A stretch of DNA of 55,921 nucleotides, taken from the NCBI RefSeq assembly GCF_001194135.2, contig NC_068984.1, positions 138,549,675 through 138,605,595 of the forward strand. The letters run 5' to 3'. The position numbers and the translations under genes are program-made. The notes beneath the pieces are model-generated. The model did no database searches. It had not been told where the DNA came from and saw only the letters and a program-made list of their open reading frames with translations. The DNA comes from Octopus bimaculoides. Lineage: Eukaryota. This document shows positions 36,718 through 50,143 of the stretch, piece after piece. Position 1 is the first letter of the stretch, and every line of letters starts with the position of its first letter.

Positions 36718-37035
36718 NNNNNNNNNNNNNNNNNNNNNNNNNNNNNNNNNNNNNNNNNNNNNNNNNNNNNNNNNNNNNNNNNNNNNNNNNNNNNNNNNNN
36801 NNNNNNNNNNNNNNNNNNNNNNNNNNNNNNNNNNNNNNNNNNNNNNNNNNNNNNNNNNNNNNNNNNNNNNNNNNNNNNNNNNNNNNNNNNNNNNNNNNNN
36901 NNNNNNNNNNNNNNNNNNNNNNNNNNNNNNNNNNNNNNNNNNNNNNNNNNNNNNNNNNNNNNNNNNNNNNNNNNNNNNNNNNNNNNNNNNNNNNNNNNNN
37001 NNNNNNNNATATATATACATATACATATATATATA

Positions 37036-37290
37036 TCATCATCATCATCATCATCATCATTTAACGTCCGCTTTCCATGCTAGCATGGGTTGGACGATTT
37101 GACTGAGGACTGGTGCAACCGGATGGCTACACCAGGCTCCAATCTAATTTGGCAGAGTTTCTACAGCTGGATGCCCTTCCTAACGCCAACCACTCAGAGA
37201 GTGTAGTGGGTGCTTTTACGTGTCACCCGCACGAAAACGGCCACGCTCGAAATGGTGTCTTTTATGTGCCACCCGCTCAAGAGCCAGTCC
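37036..37290 (-). mobile_element. Family E element
   Basis: (ATC)n...ggatgcccttcctaacgccaacc. Confidence 0.75.
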
Positions 37291-38554
37291 AGGGGCACCA
37301 CCTATATATATATACATATCATATATACATATATATATACATATATTACATATACATATATATACATATTTATATATTATATATTTACATATATATATAT
37401 ATATATATATACACAGGCTGTCCACAAAGTCTGGGTACATGTGGGATTAACACAGACTTTAAGGAATTATTATTTCTTATATTTAATTGTTTATGGACAC
37501 TTTGTTTATGACTTTGTGGACACCTTGTGTATATATATATATATAGATATATACATATATATATATATATATATAGAAGAAAGTGAGAGAGAGAGAGAGG
37601 AATAATATCATTGTGATACTGGACATGTTAACTGGGGGATGTAAACTACCAAATATGCCTGTTATAGAGCATCCTTTAACCTAGTAGCACGAAAAGAGCT
37701 CTTTGAGGACATATTTTAATTCTTGGAAATCATTTGTTCTCAGGCAGAAAATAATTACACAAAACACACGAAAAATAAATCAAAAATAAATGACAAGGCT
37801 TTATAAATTATACATTCTCACTCACTCACTCCCACACACATACAAACATGTTCTGAGATACGCAGACGTACACACTTAATTACATAATTATGTGCTGTGG
37901 GAATAGAGCCAACACCCAAGGTTGATTACAGCAACTCACTCTGGCATGAAAGTACTGCAGACTAAAAGGCAAGTACACAGCAATTGAAGAGTAGATTATA
38001 AAAGCAAAATAAATAGATATATAATTTATCTTTTATCTTCTGTTTATTTCAGGGATTAGACTAAGGCCATGCTGGGGCACCACCTTGAAAGGTTTTACTC
38101 ACATGAATTGACCCCGTTATGTTTTTTTTTTTTTTAAAGCCTGGTACTTATTCTTTCACTCTTTTTGGTAAGCTACCATGCTACAGGAATGTAAACAAAC
38201 CGAGCACTGGTTGCCAAGCAATGATGGGCAGCAAAGCCAAACACAAAGATACACACATATAAATGCATACTTATATATATAACAGGCTTCTTTCAGTTTC
38301 CTTCTACCAAATCTACTCACAAAGGTTTGGTTGGCCCAAGTCTATAGTAGAAGCCACATCTCCAAGAAATACTACTCTATATTTTTGGGATGAGGAGTTA
38401 TGTACATTATTTACATAAATAATCGACAAAGAACACCACTGGAAAATAGAAAATTAAAAGAGGTTGCATATATGCTAGGACACAATAACCTCCTAAGCAG
38501 ACCTAGTGCAGATATGAATGTAATATGGGGCTCGTAATATGTAATATGACTGGC

Positions 38555-38922
38555 CTTTGTGCTGCTGGCACATAAAAGCACCCACAACACACTTGTAGTT
38601 GTGATCCCCATGCTGGTGGCATGTAAAAAGCACCATCTGAACATGGCCGATGCCAGTGCTGCCTTGACTGGCTCCCATGCCGGTGGCACATAAAAAGCAC
38701 CAACTGATCATGGTCATTGCCAACCTCCTCTGGTCCCTGTGTTGGTGGCACGTAAAAAGCATCCACTACACTCTCGGAGTGGTTGGCACTAGGAAGGGCA
38801 TCCAGCTGTAGAAACACTGCCAGATCAGACTAGAGCCTGGTGTAGCCTCCTGGCTTCCCAGACCCCAGTCAAACCGTCCAACCCATGCCAGCATGGAAAA
38901 CAGACGTTAAATGATGATGATG
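38555..38922 (+). mobile_element. Family E element with four internal motif copies
   Basis: ggtggcacRtaaaaagcacc-like motif at 38561, 38612, 38679 and 38741, then aggaagggcatccagc and a (GAT)n tail. Confidence 0.78.
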
Positions 38923-39005
38923 ATTCTAAGGACGATATATATATATGTATATATATACATCTGTGTTTATTTGTATGTGTGTGTTTGTGTGCGTGTGTGT
39001 GCATG

Positions 39006-39052
<47 letters not shown>

Positions 39053-39378
39053 ATATGTCTTTTGTGCTTGTCCCACTCATCCACCACCGATGTTGGTTCG
39101 TTTNNNNNNNNNNNNNNNNNNNNNNNNNNNNNNNNNNNNNNNNNNNNNNNNNNNNNNNNNNNNNNNNNNNNNNNNNNNNNNNNNNNNNNNNNNNNNNNNN
39201 NNNNNNNNNNNNNNNNNNNNNNNNNNNNNNNNNNNNNNNNNNNNNNNNAAAAAAAAAAAAAAAAAAAAGAGAAAAAATTACCGGTGCTTAATTTGTTTGA
39301 CTAAACACTTTAATGTAGGGCCCCAGCTTGATTGTAGTTCAATGACTGAAACAAATGCGAGTTGAAAAATAAATATAG

Positions 39379-39775
39379 ACACAGGAGTGTCTGTGTGGTA
39401 AGTAGCTTACTTACCAACCACATGGTTCCGGGTTCAGTCCCACTACGTGGCACCTTGGGCAAGTGTCTTCTACTATAGCCTTGGGTCGACCAAAGCCTTG
39501 TGAGTGGATTTGGTAGACAGAAACTGAAAGAAGCCCGTCGTATATATGTATATATATGTGTGTGTTTGTGTGTCTGTGTTTATCCACCCAACATCGCTTG
39601 ACACCCGATGCTGGTGTGTTTACGTCCCTGTAACTTAGCGATTTGGCAAAAGAGAACGATAGAATAAGTACTAGGCTTACAAAGAATAAGTCCTGGGGTC
39701 GATTTGCTCGACTAAAGGTGGTGCTCCAGCATGGCCACAGTCAAATGACTGAAACAAGTAAAAGAGTAAAAGAGT
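39379..39775 (+). mobile_element. SINE family B, full length
   Basis: Family sequence. Confidence 0.88.
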
Positions 39776-40009
39776 ATGTGCCTCTGGTGAAAGGAAACTC
39801 GATAGAAGCTGACAACATATAAAAGTTCAAGTGTGGTTATCAGTCAACATACTTTTTAAGTAGATTAGAGCAGTTTTGAATATGTCTTTCAAGAATATAG
39901 AATAATATTATTTATGACTGAGGGAGATATTTCATTGTGTTTTTGTTAGTTTTAGAATGAATAAGGTATTCTACATTCTATTTTCTAAGTGTTTTAAAGT
40001 TTAAAGGAC

Positions 40010-40042
<33 letters not shown>

Positions 40043-40051
40043 CAGAGAGAC

Positions 40052-40092
<41 letters not shown>

Positions 40093-40890
40093 GTGAGAGA
40101 GATTGGTGACAGAAAGGAAGCGGGGTATTTGACTGTTAAACGCTGTCTCAGAAAAAGAAAAAAAAAAAATTCCATCCCATGCTAATGTGGAAAAACAAAC
40201 ATAAGNNNNNNNNNNNNNNNNNNNNNNNNNNNNNNNNNNNNNNNNNNNNNNNNNNNNNNNNNNNNNNNNNNNNNNNNNNNNNNNNNNNNNNNNNNNNNNN
40301 NNNNNNNNNNNNNNNNNNNNNNNNNNNNNNNNNNNNNNNNNNNNNNNNNNNNNNNNNNNNNNNNNNNNNNNNNNGTGGTGGTGGTGGTGGTGGTGGTGGT
40401 GGTGGTTGTGGCAATGTTGATGATAATGATGGCGATAAATGATGGAGATGATGATGATAATGGGGTTGGGGACAGTGGCAGTGGTAGGTGGTGGCAGTGG
40501 TAGGTGGTGGCAGTGGTAGGTGGTAGCAGTGATGGCAGTGGTGGTGGTGGTGGTGGTGGTGGTGATGCTAGTGATTGACGATGATAAGGATGAAGGTGAT
40601 GATGATGGTGACAATGATGAAGATAGATGAAGACTACAAGGATGATGATGATGACGACAACAATGATGATGATGATGATGAACAAAGGGATATATTAAAG
40701 TAGCTAATGAAATATCAATAGAAATTTCATTTCCAATTTGGATCATTTCTTTCGTATTTCCTTCCCAACCACATGGTTCCGGGTTCAGTCCCACCGCATG
40801 GCACTTTGGGCAAGTGTCTTCGACTATTGCCTCAGGCTGACCAGAGCAGTGTGAGTGGATCTGGTAGACAGAAACTGAAAGAAGCCTGTC

Positions 40891-40938
<48 letters not shown>

Positions 40939-40949
40939 GTATGTGTTGC

Positions 40950-41140
40950 CAGACATGAGGTCTTCCAGCAGCCCCCTTCTTGACCCAGGGCAGCACTACC
41001 TCCTCCAGGCACTTGATGTGGTCCTCCATGTTGAGTGTGAAGCCATGTGGGAAGATGAATGGAGGCATAACGTTGCCATCACTAGTATTCACTCCAAACA
41101 CCATGATGTTGACTGAATGTTTGATTTTTAGCACTCTCGA
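40950..41140 (-). pseudogene. Tc1/mariner-superfamily (maT/DD37D-like) transposase fragment
   Basis: KHSVNIMVFGVNTSDGNVMPPFIFPHG...LEEVVLPWVKKGAAGRPHVWQ, cut off by a microsatellite and a family B SINE (40761-40892). Confidence 0.7.
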
Positions 41141-41605
41141 TACATGTTCTCAGATTGACATCCAAACACTCTGAAATGATTGTATTGGAGAGCTTCCAGC
41201 ATAAATGCCAAGCAGTACACCATGTCGTTTCCAAATTTCTGGCAGAGTGAATTGCATCGTGGTACTGTTTTTCTAGCAGACGGTGCCCAACTGACCTTAC
41301 TATACTGTGTAGTCAACAAAATCAAAAACAAACAATGTGCATGTGTAAAATTGAAAATATAAAATGGCGACAATTGACCCATCACATCCTGTATACGTAT
41401 GACAATATGTGTGTGTATGTGTGTGTGTTTGTGTGTGTGTTTGTGTGTGTGTATATACATATACATATATATATATATATATATTTGTATATGTATCTAT
41501 GTGCATATGTATGATGCAAAACAAAACAGGAGAGTTTGTTTATATTATATTTTCTATTGTTTTGGTTTGTTTTCTATGTGTACTCTGTGACCTACACCAC
41601 TGTAG

Positions 41606-41687
41606 GTTCAAAGCAACTAAAACAGAAGCTGTTATACAAAACCTCTCTGCAGTTTTCCATTGGATACAGGAAAGTTCATACAGAGTT
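41606..41687 (+). CDS. Candidate internal exon (82 nt)
   Basis: ccactgtAG/...cagagtt/GTAAGT with a perfect donor; open as FKATKTEAVIQNLSAVFHWIQESSYRV; non-repeat sequence. Confidence 0.45.
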
Positions 41688-41820
41688 GTAAGTATTGGTA
41701 ATTTGTCTTAGAACTTAAATTGAAATTATGCTTTCTTCCTAAATATATAAATGTTTTTCCTTATCTTTTTTATAGAGCCAAAACAATGAAAGTTATACAA
41801 AATAGTACAGGTCAACGGTA

Positions 41821-42183
<363 letters not shown>

Positions 42184-42793
42184 NNNNNNNNNNNNNNNNN
42201 NNNNNNNNNNNNNNNNNNNNNNNNNNNNNNNNNNNNNNNNNNNNNNNNNNNNNNNNNNNNNNNNNNNNNNNNNNNNNNNNNNNNNNNNNNNNNNNNNNNN
42301 NNNNNNNNNNNNNNNNNNNNNNNNNNNNNNNNNNNNNNNNNNNNNNNNNNNNNNNNNNNNNNNNNNNNNNNNNNNNNNNNNNNNNNNNNNNNNNNNNNNN
42401 NNNNNNNNNNNNNNNNNNNNNNNNNNNNNNNNNNNNNNNNNNNNNNNNNNNNNNNNNNNNNNNNNNNNNNNNNNNNNNNNNNNNNNNNNNNNNNNNNNNN
42501 NNNNNNNNNNNNNNNNNNNNNNNNNNNNNNNNNNNNNNNNNNNNNNNNNNNNNNNNNNNNNNNNNNNNNNNNNNNNNNNNNNNNNNNNNNNNNNNNNNNN
42601 NNNNNNNNNNNNNNNNNNNNNNNNNNNNNNNNNNNNNNNNNNNNNNNNNNNNNNNNNNNNNNNNNNNNNNNNNNNNNNNNNNNNNNNNNNNNNNNNNNNN
42701 NNNNNNNNNNNNNNNNNNNNNNNNNNNNNNNNNNNNNNNNNNNNNNNNNNNNNNNNNNNNNNNNNNNNNNATATATATATATATATACATATA

Positions 42794-42843
<50 letters not shown>

Positions 42844-42847
42844 TATG

Positions 42848-43150
42848 CTGGCACTCTGTTGGTTACAATAATGACTGTTCTAGTTGATCCGATCAATGGA
42901 ACAGCGGGCACATGAAATTAATGTGCAAGTGGCTGAGCACTCCACAGACATGCATAGTCTTGATGTAGCTCTCAGGGAGATTCAGCATGACACAGAATGT
43001 GACAAGGCTGGCCCCTTTGAATTACAGGTACTACTCATTTCTGCCAGCTGAGTGGACTAGAGCAACGTGAAATAAAATGTCTTGCTCAAGAAGACAATGT
43101 ACCACCAGGTATTGAACTCATGATCTTACAATCTTCAACCAAATGCTGTA
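42848..43150 (-). mobile_element. CpG-decayed SINE (family D tail with family C-like head)
   Basis: Homologous to the 16713 copy, with most CG changed to TG or CA. Confidence 0.7.
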
Positions 43151-44227
43151 ACCACTTAGCCACATGACTTCACACACACACACACTCACACACACATACA
43201 CATACACAAACAAACACATACACACACACACACACACATGTGCATGCTTTTAATTTATACTTAGCTTCAGTTTCAGAGTTGTCTCTCTTTTATTTCTTGA
43301 CAAGAATTATCATTAACCTTACTAACCTGGTTATACATTATGAGTGCAATTCAAAGGCGACCTCAGAAAGATTTGAACTCTGAGCATAACAAGCCAGAGT
43401 ACACACTACAAGGCATTTTTTCCAGTGCTCTACCAATACTGACAATTTGCAGCCTAGACAATTAACACAATGATTTCTTGCATTAACTTTGGGATAAGGT
43501 ATAGTCAATTACAATACCACTCATTACCTTGTTTTATTGACCTCAGAAAGTTATAAAGCCCCAGGTTAACTTCAGCACCATTTAAACTCTGAACATAAAG
43601 TAATGTAATACAGCAGTACAAGAGATTTTGTCAAGCACTTTACTGATTTTGCTATCCATTGCCCTTGTAGTTATTTAACTAAATAGCCAGTCATGTAATA
43701 TTCTTGCTTGTTGATTTAGAGAAAAGGAAAAAACTTGGTATTTGGTGAACACTCCCATAGAAAAATTTTAAAGAGTTTGAATTAGGTTAATATGTTCAGT
43801 ACTTAAAGAGTTACTCCTGTTTCCAAACTAGTTCCACCTTGGGAACAAAGGCATTCCTCTCTTGTAATTTCCTTTCATTGTGATGACCGGAAACAAAACC
43901 ACAACATTAAAAAAGAAATTCATGGAAAAAAAATGTTGCATTTTTGGTTCAGAGAAAAAAATTATTTTAAAAAAATGTCTCACATTTCATTTCAAAACTA
44001 TGAATAATTATGATTCTGAAGTTAAACAACAAAAAAGTAGTGAAAATACACTTGTAGATGCACATAGACACATGCATGGCTGTGTGGTAAGAAGTTTGTC
44101 TCCCAACCATTTGATTGTAGGTTTAGTCCCATCGTGTGGCACCTTCAGCAATTGTCTTCTACTATAGCACCAGGCCTACAAAAGCCTTATGATTCGACTT
44201 GGCAGATGGAAAATGAAAGAAACCTAT

Positions 44228-44259
<32 letters not shown>

Positions 44260-44261
44260 GC

Positions 44262-44430
44262 TAGCCACTACACATTCTTTTTTTCTCTCCTTCTTTCTTT
44301 CTGTGTTCCTTTCTGTGGAAGAGCGTAGGCTCGAAACGTTAAAGACGTTTTCACTTCCCGACCATTATACTAATACATCTGTTTGTTGTCTACACCACTT
44401 GCCTTCGTCTTTTTTTTTTTTTTTTGTGAA
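44262..44430 (+). mobile_element. Repeat with hammerhead-like fold (family H3)
   Basis: cttt CTGTGGA a GAGC gtag GCTC GAAA CGT T aaag (44309-44344); related copies at 45340-45520, 50740-50900 and possibly 26925-26958 (minus). Confidence 0.6.
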
Positions 44431-44471
44431 TTGTCCCAATATATATATATATATATACACACACATAAAGA

Positions 44472-45335
44472 TCTAAGTAAAAAGTAAGCAACGTTTTGAA
44501 GCATGAAATTCATCACAATATATTTCAACAATGCAGAAAATTTATTCATCAAAGTAAGCACCATTACAATCAACACAAGTTTGCCAACAAGTTACAAGTT
44601 TTTTTAATTCAGTAACATAAAATTCTGGAGTTCTGGAGCCGATGAAGTCTTTGAACACACTTTCAGCACCGGTTTGATTTTTGAACTTCTTCTCTTGCAG
44701 GAAATCATCAAGGTGCTTGAAAAAGTGGTAGTCTGTGAGAGAAAGGTCTGGGGAATAAGCTGGGTGGGGAAGAACTTCAGGGCCAAATTCCCTAAACTTC
44801 TGGAGTGTCATTAGTGAAACGTGTGGTTGAGCATTGTCATGAAGAATGACTGGCCCTCTTCTGTTGACCAGTCTGGGATGGAGGAGTAGCAGTTTTTCAT
44901 TCACTTTGGCAATTCCATGGCAATGTTTCTGCAATAATGGTTTTTCCAGGTTTTAAGAAGTTATAATGGATGAATTCAGAAGTACACCACCAAACAATCA
45001 CCATAACCTTCTTTTTGAAGAGCTCAGGTTTAGGGAAGGTTTTTGGTGCTTTCATTTTGGTCTAACCACTGCGAAGAACGTTTTTTATTATTGTACAGAA
45101 TCCACTTTTCCTCGCAAGTTACAATACGGTCAAGAAATGGATTGGTCTGGTTATGGAGAAGAAGCGACGAGCAAATTTCATTTCTGCACATTTTCTGATT
45201 TTCATTCAAATTGTGTGGTACCCATATGTCAAGCCTTTTTGATTTTCCAATCGCATGCAAATGGTTGCAGGCAGTTTTCTGGTTAACTTGAAGTTCTTTT
45301 ACCAGTTCTCAAGTAGTTTTATGTGGATCTTTCTC
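44472..45335 (-). pseudogene. mariner (DD34D) transposase fossil
   Basis: WVPHNL, RIVTCEEKW (first catalytic D reads E), ILHDNAQPH, HPAYSPDLSLTDYHFF, NGAYFDE*; split over frames; TIR-like end near 44472. Confidence 0.9.
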
Positions 45336-45719
45336 AATGATGGTCTTTTTGCTTTCTCTCTCTCTGTGTTTATTTCTGTGTTCCTTTTTGTTGAAGAGCA
45401 TAGGCTCAAAATGCAAAACACTTTCTTACCTCCCAAACATTAAACTAATAATACATCTTTTGTTGTTTACACAGCCATCTTTGTCTTTTGTTTTGTTTGT
45501 TTTCTTTTTTATAATTCTAACTATATATCGCATGCTCATGTGATCGCACCAGTTTCTTCCTGTCTCTACCTCATACACTTTGGACTTCTTCCTGGATTTT
45601 CTACACCTTCTACACTTCAGACTATTCTACCTGGATTTTCCACTCTCCTACATTTCGGACTCCTACACTTTGGACTTCCACCTGATTTTTCTGCACCTCT
45701 CCTGCCTACACATGGATTA

Positions 45720-45960
45720 CACTGGACTCTTCCGTAGATAGATAGATAGATAGATGGATGGATAGATGGATAGATGGATGGATGGATGGATGGATGGATA
45801 AATAGATAGATGGATGGATAGATAGATGGATGGATAGATGGATAGATAGACAGACAGACAGACAGACAGGCTGGCAATCAGACAGACAGACAGACAGACA
45901 GACAGATAGATAGATAGATAGGCAGGCAAACAGACAGATAGATTGATAGATATACATGCA
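45720..45960. repeat. (GATA/GATG/GACA)n microsatellite
   Basis: Direct. Confidence 0.9.
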
Positions 45961-47829
45961 TACATATATATATTTATATATATATATATTTATACACACA
46001 TAAACACACTAACACACATAGTTTTATGCTGTCATAATACAACAGTATTGCATAACCCTTAGTGTGTGCGTTTAGTAAATTAGAAGAGGTACATGAAGGG
46101 GACATGAAAGAGGCTAAATCAGAGTAGGTACATACACAATAACTTTTTTCCTGTCACTTTTGTTTCTTGTGACAATTTTCTTTTTCCTGGATTCATTTTT
46201 TTTTTTTTGTACTCCAGGAAGAATTAAACTTAATAAAAAAAATAAAAATACATAATAATTCTCATGACTCATATATTCTCTCTAATTTGTAGCCAAATTT
46301 GGCAAGTGTCCTATTTCTTTCCCTTCGCTGTCAAAAATATAGCTTCTCCCTCAACAGTTATTTGTATTCTATGGAGGAAAGTCAAGAGTTGTAACCATTT
46401 CCTTCCTCTTCGTAACTGACATTTATCAGATGTGAAATGAGAGAGAGAGAGAGAGAGAGAAAAAGAGACAGAGAGAGAAAAAGAGGCAGAGAGAGAGAGA
46501 AAGCGAGAAAGAGTAGTGAATATAATCTAATTTTTAAAATATATTGACAAAAAAAGGAATAATGTAATATTGTATCTTGCCAACATAATCTTTATCTATT
46601 ACTTGTTTCAGTCATTTAGACCATGGTCATGCTGGGGCACTGCCTTGAAGAATTTTAGTCAGACTCATCGACACCAGTACTTATTTTTTATTCAAAGCCT
46701 GGCAAGTTTTCTATTGGTTTCTTTTGCTGAATCACAGAGGTACAGGGATGTATACACACCAACACCGGCTGTCAAGCACCGGTGGGACAAGCACAGACAC
46801 ACACAAACACACACGTGCCTACACACACAGACACAAATTTTTACCTGGTGCAAACACATGGATAAGTTTCTTTCAACAAACTGGAGGACACCACCTGCTC
46901 TGGATTGAGTTGCTGTCTTGCAAACTTTGACATATTTTCTGTCACATTGTTCTATACCAGCAGCATTGGGGTTTCTGCAATCAAGAAGGATGGGGATCTT
47001 GGTTTTCTTACTTTCATTTCTTTGTTCTCATTTCACTTTTTACATCAACCATTTTCCCATTTTTCTTTCTCACAGTCCAGTGTCCTTGGCTTTTATAATA
47101 TATCTAACACATAAACAGAGCCTGAAAGATAGTTTGGAGATACATGGCATATTTTATAATATTCGTATTTAAAGTATCACTAAAGCATGAAACTATTAGT
47201 AGCACCTTTGTAATATGTATTAAATTGATACATATACAAGCAGTGCCCCAGTATGGCCACAGCCTTTGGACTGAAATGTACAAAAGAATATATCTAAATG
47301 GATAAACTAAATTCAAAATATAGGTTGTTGTTATTATTGAGCTTATTTTTTTATTTTTCCATGAGTCCATGGACCCCTATGGCTTTAGCTGAACCCAGTT
47401 TGCATGGTGTGTAAGTGATGGAGATTACATTATTCTCTACTTGGTTTGTCACAGGATTAACTTCCTCACTATCACTAGAACTCATTTATAGCAGTGTGGA
47501 CTAAAGCAACGTGACATGAAGAGCTTTGCTCAAGAACACAACATACTGCCCAGCCCAGGAATTGAAACCACAAATTTGTGATCTTACAATTGTGAGTGAC
47601 AGTGACACAGCCTAACCCTTAGACTATTTGCGTTAATTATTATTGATTAATCCCAGGTTAAACTTGACCAAATAGGCTTGTGATCAAAACCATGACATTC
47701 TGACTATTTTAAGGACATGGTGTATCTAGGACTACATTATTGAATGTGTCCTTTCAAGTTACAAGACAGTTAGGTGCTCTGTGAGGGATGTTTGGCTGAT
47801 ATTTCTATTTTGATTTTATTTACTTGCTG

Positions 47830-48180
47830 AGGTTGGCAGGTGGGAGCAGAGCCTGTGAATTTGTAGGGCCACCAAGACAAATGAGATTCATTCCATGAGT
47901 GTTCTGATTAAATTGTTGCAAGTCAGCAACTGCAGAAAAGGAGGAGATACCAGAGGGAAGAAGGGACCGGACATAGTGGTTAGTATGAGTTATAAATGGG
48001 TTGGACACAAGAAAGGAGATAAGAGATGGAGAGATGGAAGAGATAAGTGGGTCGGAAATGCTTGAGTCAAGGAGAAACATGGCCAGCCACTTCCGAGGAA
48101 CATGGCCCTTGCTGGCTCTTTGATTGTGTTGAGTTGGCTGTCACAGAGGAAATAGTTAAACATTTGATGATCTAATTTCA
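47830..48180 (-). pseudogene. CR1/L2/Jockey-group LINE 3' fragment
   Basis: THTNHYVRSLLP..SSFSAVADLQQFNQNTHGMNL resembles the RTNHY.SF.P..WN.LP..L..FK C-terminal motif. Confidence 0.55.
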
Positions 48181-48483
48181 AGGTACAGTGTCTGTATCTG
48201 TTTGAATGCTTTTTAACTTCCTTTATATTGCTAATATCTATGAGGAAGGCAGAGTTGTGATATCCATTTCCTCCTTAAAATCTGGAGCCTTTGTATTATT
48301 TCTAAATAAGCCTAAATATCTATCCAAAACTAAGCTTTAATAAACATCTACTATAAGTGAATGCTACATGATTGTATTATGGAGTGTTCATTGCTTCTAA
48401 GGATGCTGGTGGTGTCCAGTTAATGTTGGAATGCTCTCTGAGTGATATAAATCTATAGCTGTTTTCTTCTTCTTCTTCTTCTT

Positions 48484-48511
<28 letters not shown>

Positions 48512-48561
<50 letters not shown>

Positions 48562-48651
48562 GGCCACAGCCTGGAATCAAACTTGGAATCTTGGGGTTAG
48601 TAGCCTGTGCTCTTAACCACTATGCCATATGCCCGTGGGCATATGGCGTAG
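48512..48651 (-). mobile_element. Family H head with terminal hairpin
   Basis: (ATT)n, head, then palindrome ctatgccatatgccc-gt-gggcatatggcgtag. Confidence 0.8.
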
Positions 48652-49354
48652 GGGTTTATTTATGGCGAACTGTATAAATAAACTTGGTCGTATATATAAA
48701 ATAAGTATTATTTTCCATCTTACTGTTAGTTCTATTTCATTTTTTATGGTTTATTATTGTTTATATTTTGAATTACATATATATGGGGGCACCAAAATCT
48801 AATACGTGCTTAAGGCCTCTCTGGTTCTTAATACGGCTTTGCACTGGGATCAATGTAATCGACTTACACCCTCCCCTGTGTTGCTGGCTTTGTGCTAAAA
48901 TTTGAAACCAATATAATTGGCAGTTTATCTCCTTTTCTCTGTTTGTCCATCCCACTGACTTGTACAACGAAGGAAATTAGCTGCTATGATACTTTTCTCT
49001 GTCTCTGGTTTTCTTTAAAACAGACAAATTATTTAATTAGCTGAATACCAAGTAGAAATATACATTATTTGATTAATTATTCGTGTATGTAATTGTATAT
49101 ATAATTGCATGAATATTTCATTATTTTTTATATAATAAAATGAAACAAGCATTTTGTTCAATTAAATTCTTTAACCCTTTTGTTATCAAATTTCTATTGA
49201 AATACAGTCTTTGTTTCAATTAATTTTGAAAATAATGAAGAATTCAGGAGAATAATTTAGTTCCTGCTAAGCTGGTATTTGGAACATAAACGGGAAGCTT
49301 TAACTCTTCAGCATTCAGCATTCCGATTACTCTGTTAAATGCTTATTTATTCAC

Positions 49355-49700
49355 GTCATCATCATCATCATCATTTAATGTCCGTTGCCCATACTGGCAT
49401 AGGTCAGACGGTTTGACTGGTAAGTTGGAAGACTGAATCAGACTCCAGTCTGATTTGGCATGGTTTCCTACAGCCGAATGCCCTTCCTAATGCCAACCAC
49501 TCCAAGAGTGTAATGGGTCCTTTTACATTCCACTGGCACAGGTGCCATTTGTGTGACACCAGTATCTGCCACGACTGTTACTTTGTTCAGCTTGATGGGT
49601 CTTCTTCTCCAGTTTGACGTAATACCAAAGGTCTCAGTTATTGCTTCCATGAGGTCCAATGCTTGAAAAGAACTCAGCCACTTTGGTTCCGTGAGGCCCA
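49355..49700 (-). mobile_element. Family E element
   Basis: (ATC)n...aatgcccttcctaatgccaaccac. Confidence 0.72.
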
Positions 49701-50076
49701 ACACCTGATGATATTAATATCAAACAGATCAATAAAATACTAGAAAGTGTATATAATATGTATATGTTATTGTTTTGAATAAATTTTGCATTTATACATT
49801 ATCTCATAGCTTTGAGATTTTGAAAATGTGATTGTGTATTATGATTGTATATTTTCAGAATAATATTGTAGGGCATGAGGGAGAGGTCAAATCTAGTTTG
49901 AACATAAAACAAGGTGAACTATTTGGGCAGGATATGACCTCCTTTCAGAGTTGATAAATTAAGTACCAATGAATTTCTGGGGTCGATATAATCAATTAGT
50001 CCCCTCCCCCAAAATTTCAGGCCTTGTGTCTAAAATAGAAATGTTTATTATTATTACTGGTATGATCATCATCATC

Positions 50077-50143
<67 letters not shown>

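Noticed and set aside
37930-37951. Minus-strand micro-exon (AG...GTGAGT) near 37.9 kb
   Set aside because: It is isolated with no supporting partners; it shows that such sites arise by chance, which is why my exon confidences are low.
38561-38764. CRISPR array
   Set aside because: Eukaryotic context, degenerate repeats, no cas genes, and the motif is internal to a SINE-like family. Kept only as a modular-repeat finding.
44542-45260. Active or domesticated mariner transposase
   Set aside because: Split over frames, first catalytic D reads E, and the 5' end is missing.
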